The notes below the pieces were generated by a model. It did not search any database. It was not told the DNA's origin and saw nothing but the letters and a program-made list of their open reading frames with translations. Of a stretch of 23,621 nucleotides of DNA, positions 9,766 to 17,458 are shown piece after piece; the stretch's first letter is position 1; each line of letters begins with the position of its first letter. Source of the stretch: a virus; the IMG/VR virus record IMGVR_UViG_3300028534_000020, positions 1-23,621 of that record. One strand, 5' to 3'. Made by a program: the position numbers and the translations under genes.

Positions 9766-9799
9766 AAAAAAATAAGGGACATTTTCTGCCCCTTATTTT
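9765..9799 (-). terminator. Rho-independent terminator after the major capsid gene
   Basis: Minus strand AAAATAAGGGGCA-GAAAA-TGTCCCTTAT followed by a T-run: stem with one G-U pair, ~20 nt after the capsid stop. Confidence 0.85.
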
Positions 9800-9819
9800 G
9801 TGTAAACAATAACCGGATA

Positions 9820-11316
9820 TTAAAGTGTACGTCCAATATTGATAAAACGAACCATTTTCTTTGGTGCATAGAGCATAGGCGTTCCATACATCAAAATCAT
9901 AAAACGGGTCGCAGGCGAAAGAACTGCTAAGTCCATTTTCATCAGCGGAGCTAATTGTTTAAAGCTAAATACCTCAGTATCTGCTTGTAACAATAAAGCT
10001 TGATTTGTTCCCGGCAAGAATCTGTTACGATCGCGAACTGTATTTGCAGCACCTCCATCATATCCAGTAGCCATTTGACTAATAGATAATTCGAAAATAG
10101 GGTACAATTGAGTATCAGCAATAGTTCCAGAAGGGTCTTTTTTACTTCTGTAAATTACAAAACCAGTCGCAGGGTTTGCACCGCCACCAGCTGTAAATTG
10201 TAAATCTACAGATTGACCAGCTGTAACAGAAACTGCTGTTCCATTGTTAATGTCAAGCAATTGTGATTCGCCAAAACGGTTTTTAGCGGCAACTGCGTAA
10301 TAATAATCACCAGCATCGTCTGCAAAGAATTTGCTGTATGCATTATCGGCAACTACATTTGTACTTCCGTTAACAGGCGTAGCGGGTGCTTGAGTATGAG
10401 TCGCAGCATCGGTAGTTTTTCGAGGTGGTGCGGCATTTAAGAAAATGTCATATCCTAATTCGATTTCACCGTACTGAGACTGGAATTTTTGAACACGTTG
10501 TCCCATAATACCAGCTGATTGAGCTGTGGTATTGGGTTGAATGAATTTTGCTTCATAGAAATGTTTAACAAAATCACTCAATACAACGGGCGGAGCCATC
10601 AATAAGTTTGCGTGTCCAAAGTTGGAAATTACTGATAAAGCACCTTGTTCAATAGCACCTTCACTTAATGCTTTTCCACGTAAATCAATTACTACGTCAC
10701 TGTTCATATAAGTGTTGTAGTCTGTAATTGCTTTACGGTGTTGAGCCAAATAACCGTTAAACTCTTGTGGTACAATTTCAGAGTTAGCGTACATCAAAGC
10801 GCGGTCTGCTTTTCTTAACAAGAATAAAGTACCATTTTTAATTTCTTGTTGAATTACAGAACCTATATGTGTTTTTACCAATTGCATAGGGTGCGAAATT
10901 ATCTTGGTAACACCAAGGAATTTCACAATCTCTGCCTTACGTACGTAAGTAGAGTCCTCTTCGCGTGGTAATTCACCTTCGTTCGTAAATACACCAGCCT
11001 CAGAACCATAAGAGGTTAACTGATTGAATTCTTCGACTGTGTTATAAGCCGGCAACTTCGGTACTCGTTTCCAAAATTGAATATCGCTTTCTTTGAAAGT
11101 TAAAATTTTCAAAGTACTTTCAAGCGATTCAACTTTTAAGGGAGCACCAGAAGCAGTAGTCATATCTGCAGTTTCGCGTCCTGTAATTTGTCCAGCTTCC
11201 AAAGCTTTCGACAATTCAGCCAACTCTTCTGCAGAAACATTCGCATTGTCAAACAATGCTTGGCCATCAAATTGACCATTTTGATAATCTGCTAATGAGA
11301 CACCTAAATTTTGCAT
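9820..11316 (-). CDS. Major capsid protein precursor
   Basis: 498 aa; ELSKALEAG..G....GAPLKVESLE, AYNTVEEF, EGELP, KFLG motifs; Ig/FN3-like insertion (YYYAVAAKNRFGES...GFVIYR); C-terminal QLAPLMKMDLA...YGTPMLYAPKK, all like A511/K/SPO1-type capsids. Confidence 0.93.
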   Translation of the reverse strand: MQNLGVSLADYQNGQFDGQALFDNANVSAEELAELSKALEAGQITGRETADMTTASGAPLKVESLESTLKILTFKESDIQFWKRVPKLPAYNTVEEFNQLTSYGSEAGVFTNEGELPREEDSTYVRKAEIVKFLGVTKIISHPMQLVKTHIGSVIQQEIKNGTLFLLRKADRALMYANSEIVPQEFNGYLAQHRKAITDYNTYMNSDVVIDLRGKALSEGAIEQGALSVISNFGHANLLMAPPVVLSDFVKHFYEAKFIQPNTTAQSAGIMGQRVQKFQSQYGEIELGYDIFLNAAPPRKTTDAATHTQAPATPVNGSTNVVADNAYSKFFADDAGDYYYAVAAKNRFGESQLLDINNGTAVSVTAGQSVDLQFTAGGGANPATGFVIYRSKKDPSGTIADTQLYPIFELSISQMATGYDGGAANTVRDRNRFLPGTNQALLLQADTEVFSFKQLAPLMKMDLAVLSPATRFMILMYGTPMLYAPKKMVRFINIGRTL

Positions 11317-11364
11317 TCTGTTTCTTTTATAAATTGATACCTATTAAAACTCTTACGATTAGAA

Positions 11365-12888
11365 TTATTCTGCGATTAGAATATTATCTTTTGTGTACAA
11401 ATCGGAAATTGCAGCTTTTGAAATTGTGCCTGTGGCTTCAAGCTTTAATAACTCATTTGCGTAAAATTCGTTAATTTCGCCTTTTTCCAAACCGGCTTTC
11501 GCTGTCAATATATTTTTTACTTGTTGTCTTTGGCGACTTAATGATAAAACTGTTTTACCAGAATTATTCGGGTCCTCAGGCGAGCCAAATGCTTTTTCAA
11601 TTGCGCGAGCCGAAACTACTGATTTTCTACCTACTGGCTGATTTTCAATGGCAGACAATCTGTTTTCAAGATTTGTTGCCATTTCTGTAACGATTTCTTT
11701 AATTGATTGAATACTTTTTTCAAAAGTTTCAGGCATTTTTGCTGTTACACTTCGCAACTCTTCAATTTCTGCTTTTATAATATCAAGCCCTGGAGGAGTT
11801 GGGTCGTTGTTTATTTCATTGTCAATACCCTTTTCAACAGGTTCTTCGCCTGTTTTCGTTTTTTTATCGGGTTCTTTTTCGTCGTCGGGTTCTTTTTCGT
11901 CGTCGGGTTCTTTTTCGTCTTTATCCTCAGGTTTTTCTTTTTTTACTTTTTCAATTTCCTCGTCCAAATCGCCTGAGTCGACTGCTTTAATAAGTTCAGG
12001 GTCGACAGGGACGCCGACTGCTTCTAAAGCTTTGATTAGTTCATCTGTTGATTTTGCCATATCGTTAAATTTAATTGCTTTTAATATTTGTTTAGCTTGT
12101 TCAACGTCATCAGTTATCTCAATAAGCTTTGCAAATACAATCGATTTGTTTATTGCAAATATATTATTTTTTTCTGATTTGATAACGTTCTCTTTTGTTT
12201 CCTTTTCGACAGATTCAGGTATTACTGCACTGCACGTTGTAGTTGTCATATCCTTTGATATAATCTTAACATTATAATCAGCGTCGACAATAATTCTTTC
12301 GCCGTTTGGCTTTACGACATCAAATATATAAACGTCTCCGCCATTTGCGTCAGTACCTTCAACTATAAAATCGTCAGTACCTTCGAATTCACCTTTCAAA
12401 ATATCTAAAAATGTTTTAGAATTTTTTGGCGTTGGTGTTATGGCGATACCTGTTATCTTAGCTCTTTTTACAAATTTTGGGTTTAATTCATCACGTTCAA
12501 TTACTTTACCCTCTATAGACATTCCTAAACGCCTATCAGAACCAGATTTTTCAAGCGTTTCTGCAAGTTCATAAATTTCTCGCGCTAATTCAGATTCTGG
12601 ATATAATTTACCTTCGACATATAAACCATCTTTTGTTATCTTTGCGTGAGTTGGCTCACCAACTATTGCTTTGGGTTTATCTTTTGAACGATGGTGCCAA
12701 TTAAAAAAACCTTTATCTAAAAAATAAGATAAATCAAAACCTTGCGGGTCAAGAATTTCACCATCTGAATCCTCATCAGCTGTAGACGCGATACCCTTAA
12801 TTTTCATTATAGGTTCGCCATTTTCGTCTTTTGCTTTATAGAATTCAGCTGGTAAGTAAAATTTAAAACTATCGTTAGTCTTCGTCAT
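11365..12888 (-). CDS. Prohead protease fused to scaffold-like C-terminal domain
   Basis: IKGIAST..EDSDGE, FNWHH, LYVEGKL, LGMSIEG, GIAITPTPKN are HK97/U35-like protease motifs. The C-terminal half is acidic, low-complexity and coiled-coil. Directly upstream of the capsid gene. Confidence 0.9.
   Translation of the reverse strand: MTKTNDSFKFYLPAEFYKAKDENGEPIMKIKGIASTADEDSDGEILDPQGFDLSYFLDKGFFNWHHRSKDKPKAIVGEPTHAKITKDGLYVEGKLYPESELAREIYELAETLEKSGSDRRLGMSIEGKVIERDELNPKFVKRAKITGIAITPTPKNSKTFLDILKGEFEGTDDFIVEGTDANGGDVYIFDVVKPNGERIIVDADYNVKIISKDMTTTTCSAVIPESVEKETKENVIKSEKNNIFAINKSIVFAKLIEITDDVEQAKQILKAIKFNDMAKSTDELIKALEAVGVPVDPELIKAVDSGDLDEEIEKVKKEKPEDKDEKEPDDEKEPDDEKEPDKKTKTGEEPVEKGIDNEINNDPTPPGLDIIKAEIEELRSVTAKMPETFEKSIQSIKEIVTEMATNLENRLSAIENQPVGRKSVVSARAIEKAFGSPEDPNNSGKTVLSLSRQRQQVKNILTAKAGLEKGEINEFYANELLKLEATGTISKAAISDLYTKDNILIAE
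11867..11919. repeat. 18-bp tandem repeat, ~3 copies, encoding (DEKEPD)x3
   Basis: tcgggttctttttcgtcg at 11867 and 11885, plus 17 of 18 nt at 11903. Confidence 0.95.
12156..12163 (-). promoter_or_regulatory. Candidate intragenic -7 promoter TATATTTG(CA) upstream of internal scaffold start
   Basis: TAnnTTTG match ~95 nt upstream of in-frame ATG 12060 (Met277, MAKSTDELIKAL). Confidence 0.4.
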
Positions 12889-13075
12889 CGCAACTATTTT
12901 TTAAGATTTCTTTTATATCGTCTTCTGGTAAATCAAATGTTTCAGCCAAAAAATGAATTTTATAAGCTTCTAAATCATTTGGGCCAAAAAACGTTTTATA
13001 ATATGAACATACTTCGACGTTTAAATCGAGTTCGTCGTCTATAAAAGTATCTAATTGTTTTTTATTTTCACTCAT
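12875..13075 (-). CDS. Small acidic hypothetical protein (66 aa)
   Basis: Overlaps both neighbours; C-terminal FLAETFDLPEDDIKEIL is HTH-like. Confidence 0.7.
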   Translation of the reverse strand: MSENKKQLDTFIDDELDLNVEVCSYYKTFFGPNDLEAYKIHFLAETFDLPEDDIKEILKNSCDDED

Positions 13076-15342
13076 TACATATCATCTTTTATATTATTTT
13101 CTTTTAACCATTGTTTATATTTAATACGACGCTCAAAGTCCTCTCTTGCAGGTTTATGCGTAAGGTTTACTGCATAATGCGCTCCACCAGCATTGAGTAA
13201 CGCAACTTTAGAAGCATTTCTTAATTTTGGGTTACCTGTCCATACAGTAAACGGAAATAACGGCTCATTTGGGTGTTTTTCGCGCCACTGGTGATATAAA
13301 CTCATAGCAAGTCTTTGTTCTTTTTCTGTTATAGTATGACGTGTTGCATATTCTGGTATATGAACAAAACCTTGACTGTCTACATCGTATTTTTTTACTT
13401 CAGTGCCGTCCTCGCGTTTTATTTTTTCATTTGTAACATTTATAGGCTCTTCTGAGTCTATATATTTAATATATATTTTATTTCCATCTTTCCAAGCGCG
13501 TTCTACAGATGAGTCTTGAATTTCGATATAATATTTCTTTATATCGCGAGATGCGCCTGGCGTGAATTTATCGAGAACTTGTTCAGCTTTTCTATATGTA
13601 CCACGAAAACCATAATCTGGCCAAACAAATGGCCCAGATTCTAATCCAGCTTGCACACCCATAAATTGCAATCCCATTCGTTTATATTCGTGATAATATG
13701 CAGAAAATAATTTTTTTGCTAAACCGCCGCCCCAATATTTTACTTGATAAATCTTAAAATAAGAATGATAAATACCTTTGTTTAAATCGCCAGGTAATAA
13801 ATCGTCGCCTGACACAAAACCTCGAGTAGTATGCATTAAATGTGCATTTGTATCTTTATCGTATACATCGATTTTGAAGCCATTAGTTGTAAACACAAAA
13901 TTATACTTTAAATTTACGCCTCTAAAGCGTTCTTTAATAGCTTTCTTTGCATTATCAAACATTCTTATTGGGTCAAATTTATAACCATATTTTGCAAAAA
14001 ATGGCGCATATCTTGCTTCGATTTGCGCATCAGTCATATTTTCTACATCGGCATAGATACTATACCCTTTTTTCTTAGCTTCTTTTACGTAATCACGTAT
14101 CTCTTCTAAGAAATGTAAATTTCGTTCACGAGCTTGTCGCTCTTCATCTGATATTCGCAATTTATAATTATAATGACTTGACCAATCAGGACTTGTTGTT
14201 TTTGGAATTTTTAAAATAGCACCTTTTCGGAATATAATTTGCATTCCATCGTCATACGTTAAACTTGTGTTAATTTGTTTTGGTACTTCTACTTCGATAT
14301 AGTCATCTTTAACCTTAACAATTTTAAGATTTTTAAGTTGAAAATGTTTTTTTGAATTTTTACCAATATAATTAGCGTCGACAATATCACCAACGTTTGC
14401 TATTCTATCATCAGCTTGTTGACGAGTAAATAACTTTTCATTTTTTAATTTATTTTCTTTAATTGTAGTATCATCGATATTTGTATTTTTATCAGGCTTT
14501 ACCCAAAAAATTTGCGAAAACGGGACGCCATTTTTAACTACAATTCTACGCACAGGCACAAGTCCTGCTTTACCTTTGATTAGTTCCTTTAAATCATCTT
14601 GAATAAAACCATCTTCGATAGCTTTCGCGATAATTTTAATTGATTTTCGGAATGTTTTATCATCTACATCTTTCTGTTTTGTAAACTTTAACTCATTTGC
14701 TTTTTCAATAAGTTTTTCAGCTGGTAAATTTATCTGTTTAACTTTGACTGTTTTATTTTCAGGCATTAATTGCAATTCAGCAGCCCATCTATGGTGACCA
14801 TCAATCAAATAACCATCTTGAGATACTATATAAATATTATCAGGGTCATTTTCCAAATATTCATTGATAAAATGTAAAACTTTATCGTTATTAAACTCAT
14901 CTTGCGCTGGCTTGATTTCATTTAATTTCATTTCAGTATCTATAACGCCTATATCATCAAAATTCTTGGCAAATGTAAGAATATTACTCTTTGTAATTTG
15001 AGGCATTTCTATACGTTTCTTACCAAGCGATTTACTTAAATATTTATTGTATTTAAGTTTATTATCGGCTAAACCACTCAAATATTTAATTTTAAGTGTA
15101 TCAAATTCGTTACGTAATTGTTTTTTTGCTTTATATATTTCAGCAACGTCTTCAAAATGAGCATCTTCAAAAGCTTTACGTATATCGTCTTTTACAATCG
15201 TAGCAATATGCGTTTCATAATGATTATGTAAATAACGTTCTTTACTATTTAAGTGCTCTAACTCAGTTTTTATTGAGTTAAGTTTATCAAGTTCACTTTT
15301 TATAAGTGATTTTTTTACCGTTGTAAATATTTCTTTAATCAT
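13075..15342 (-). CDS. Multidomain protein: helical N-terminus + ParB/sulfiredoxin-like domain + tag + GNAT-like acetyltransferase
   Basis: IKPAQDEF...IYIVSQDGYLIDGHHRWAA (DGHHR at aa 181-185); YWGGGLAKKLF...GLQFMGVQA...GPFVWPDYGF (aa ~536-579) fits GNAT motifs A/B. Confidence 0.7.
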   Translation of the reverse strand: MIKEIFTTVKKSLIKSELDKLNSIKTELEHLNSKERYLHNHYETHIATIVKDDIRKAFEDAHFEDVAEIYKAKKQLRNEFDTLKIKYLSGLADNKLKYNKYLSKSLGKKRIEMPQITKSNILTFAKNFDDIGVIDTEMKLNEIKPAQDEFNNDKVLHFINEYLENDPDNIYIVSQDGYLIDGHHRWAAELQLMPENKTVKVKQINLPAEKLIEKANELKFTKQKDVDDKTFRKSIKIIAKAIEDGFIQDDLKELIKGKAGLVPVRRIVVKNGVPFSQIFWVKPDKNTNIDDTTIKENKLKNEKLFTRQQADDRIANVGDIVDANYIGKNSKKHFQLKNLKIVKVKDDYIEVEVPKQINTSLTYDDGMQIIFRKGAILKIPKTTSPDWSSHYNYKLRISDEERQARERNLHFLEEIRDYVKEAKKKGYSIYADVENMTDAQIEARYAPFFAKYGYKFDPIRMFDNAKKAIKERFRGVNLKYNFVFTTNGFKIDVYDKDTNAHLMHTTRGFVSGDDLLPGDLNKGIYHSYFKIYQVKYWGGGLAKKLFSAYYHEYKRMGLQFMGVQAGLESGPFVWPDYGFRGTYRKAEQVLDKFTPGASRDIKKYYIEIQDSSVERAWKDGNKIYIKYIDSEEPINVTNEKIKREDGTEVKKYDVDSQGFVHIPEYATRHTITEKEQRLAMSLYHQWREKHPNEPLFPFTVWTGNPKLRNASKVALLNAGGAHYAVNLTHKPAREDFERRIKYKQWLKENNIKDDM

Positions 15343-17294
15343 ACTTCTGTAGTTTTATCACCTATTGTTATTTTTACTCTACTTCTACGTTTAACTTTTG
15401 ATGTATATTCTTTGGGTTTTGTAAAATCTTTATCGTCATCTGACCATTCATAATTCGGGTCAATATGGACTAACATACAGCGGCAATTATGTACAGCTAT
15501 ACCTTTTGCTATAAATGACTCATCGTCTTCAACACCAATATCCCAAAGTCTATGCTTATTTGTTAATTTATGTTTAGTTATTTTAACAATATCAATTTCT
15601 TTAAGTTCATATATTTTATCGTGATTATCAGTAATAAGTTTTATATCTGATAATAATTTATCAACTTTTGGGAATTCAGAATATCGTATAATATGCCAAC
15701 CATTTTCGCGTAACATTTTATCACGTTCTTTATCTGCTTTAATTCTATCTGGTGCATTATGATATGGTCCGTCAAATTCAATATCAATTTTATATTCAGG
15801 AATTACAATATCTAATAGTTTATTATTAAATTGATATTCAAGAACAGCAGATGGAAAATATTTTTTAACTCTATTAAATAATTTTATTTGAATTTTTGAA
15901 GTCGGCATTGAACCAGCTTTCATAGCTTTAATAGCACCACCATTTAACATTCGCTGTCTACTTTTTTCTTTTGTTTTGTCAGATAATAAATTATTTAATG
16001 TTCTTTCATATACATTTGTATTTTCCCATTTATATTTTACAGTATTTGATATTTTATCTTTTATCTCTTCTACATCGTCACGCTCCCATATCTGTTTAGC
16101 TAATTTAGCAGAATATTCGCGTCTACATTTATCAGAACATAACTTATTAGTTTTACCATATACTTCAACTAAATTATTACAATTTTTACATTTTGTCATT
16201 AAAAGATATAATTTATCTTTTTGTGCATTTATATCTTTTATTTCTACCCAACCACGCTGTGTTAATATTTTATGCTCTGCTGTAAAAGACATTTTTCGTA
16301 ATTGTTTTTTCTTTTTGCCTTTTACAGAAGTATAATATTGTAGTGTATAATATTCTTTAATTGGATAGTTATCTGGTACAGGATAGTTTTTTACGGTTGA
16401 TATTACGCGTTTAAAACGTTTTTTATGCGTTAAAACCATATCGCCTTCATTGATATGTTTTATTTGCTTCCAACCATTATCAGTTAAAATTAATGTTCTG
16501 CCATCAAGAAGTGACCACGGGTGCGTTGGCCCTACAACAGGCTTCCAGTCTGCTACTTTTCTACCAATATTTGAGCCATTTGCTTGTAATTCACGTATCG
16601 TAAATACTTTTGGCTTACTTCCATACCCTGCAGTTGTATATAATTGATTACATTTTTTACAAGCACCTGATTGCACTTTTTTATAAACAAGCGTATCTGG
16701 ACCGTATTCATTTATTACCCAACTTGCTCTACCCTCTTCAAACGCTTTATGCATTACATAATCAGATATTCTACCAAAATCACGCGACCAATCTTGCGTT
16801 TTATGTCCAAGCGTTGAAACCAAATCACGTATTGAACCTCGTTCTTTAATTGTTTTAACTGCAGATTCGCGAACGATTTTCTCATATTGAGCACGTTGCT
16901 GTTGGTCATATTCAATAAGAACTTGCATAGTATTTTGCTTTATTCTATTTCCAAGACCTCGCAAATCTGACGCAGCTTGTTTTTTAGCAACTTCGAGTGC
17001 TCTTTTTTCTACTGGTGTTTTGGGTAAATAATCACCTCGCTGTAAATAATCTTTAAATTTTTTATAAGATAAATTACGAGATGCTTTATCGCCAATACTC
17101 ATCGATAACAATCCCCACGAAAACATCTCTTCAAATGGTGTATTTTGAATTGATTGAATATCTACGCCAGCTTGCTCTAAAAGTTTAATCTCTGTCTCAG
17201 ATAACATATCTACGCCTACGTTTGTAGCGATAAATAAGATATGTTGCATATCAACTATATTTAATAATTGTTCTATCTGAGTTTGATTAAACAT
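15339..17294 (-). CDS. MuF / SPP1 gp7-like head morphogenesis protein, intein-containing
   Basis: DWSRDFGRI, ACKKC and HPW|CRC (the MuF HPxCRC motif is restored on intein removal; spliced product 308 aa). Confidence 0.88.
   Translation of the reverse strand: MFNQTQIEQLLNIVDMQHILFIATNVGVDMLSETEIKLLEQAGVDIQSIQNTPFEEMFSWGLLSMSIGDKASRNLSYKKFKDYLQRGDYLPKTPVEKRALEVAKKQAASDLRGLGNRIKQNTMQVLIEYDQQQRAQYEKIVRESAVKTIKERGSIRDLVSTLGHKTQDWSRDFGRISDYVMHKAFEEGRASWVINEYGPDTLVYKKVQSGACKKCNQLYTTAGYGSKPKVFTIRELQANGSNIGRKVADWKPVVGPTHPWSLLDGRTLILTDNGWKQIKHINEGDMVLTHKKRFKRVISTVKNYPVPDNYPIKEYYTLQYYTSVKGKKKKQLRKMSFTAEHKILTQRGWVEIKDINAQKDKLYLLMTKCKNCNNLVEVYGKTNKLCSDKCRREYSAKLAKQIWERDDVEEIKDKISNTVKYKWENTNVYERTLNNLLSDKTKEKSRQRMLNGGAIKAMKAGSMPTSKIQIKLFNRVKKYFPSAVLEYQFNNKLLDIVIPEYKIDIEFDGPYHNAPDRIKADKERDKMLRENGWHIIRYSEFPKVDKLLSDIKLITDNHDKIYELKEIDIVKITKHKLTNKHRLWDIGVEDDESFIAKGIAVHNCRCMLVHIDPNYEWSDDDKDFTKPKEYTSKVKRRSRVKITIGDKTTEV
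15486..16514 (-). mobile_element. Intein (343 aa, Ser261-Asn603) with Cys4 zinc motif and Vsr/DUF559-like endonuclease
   Basis: Block A SLLDGRTLILTDNGWKQIKHINEGDMVLT, block B FTAEHKIL, block F LWDIGVEDDESFIA, terminal VHN|C. Insert has CKNC...CSDKC and LDIVIPEYKIDIEFDGPYH...DKERDKMLRENGWHIIR. Confidence 0.92.
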
Positions 17295-17295
17295 A

Positions 17296-17457
17296 TTATC
17301 GTTTTGCTAATAATTTTTCAATTTTTATCATCGTTTCTGTTTTATGTTTACTACTTTGCGCTAATGCAGTATACATAAAATCAAGCTCTTCAGTTGACAG
17401 CATTTCAAGTGAAGGCTTTTTTGCTTTTAATAATTTTTTAAATACTTGTTCAAACAT
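17296..17457 (-). CDS. Small hypothetical protein (53 aa)
   Basis: Not in the track. MFEQVFKKLLKAKKPSLEMLSTEELDFMYTALAQSSKHKTETMIKIEKLLAKR*; fills the gap with 1-nt spacers on both sides. Confidence 0.75.
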   Translation of the reverse strand: MFEQVFKKLLKAKKPSLEMLSTEELDFMYTALAQSSKHKTETMIKIEKLLAKR

Positions 17458-17458
17458 T

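Noticed and set aside
12348-12384. 13-bp direct repeat cgtcagtaccttc (EGTD twice)
   Set aside because: Short local duplication in a protease linker with no sign of regulatory or mobile function.
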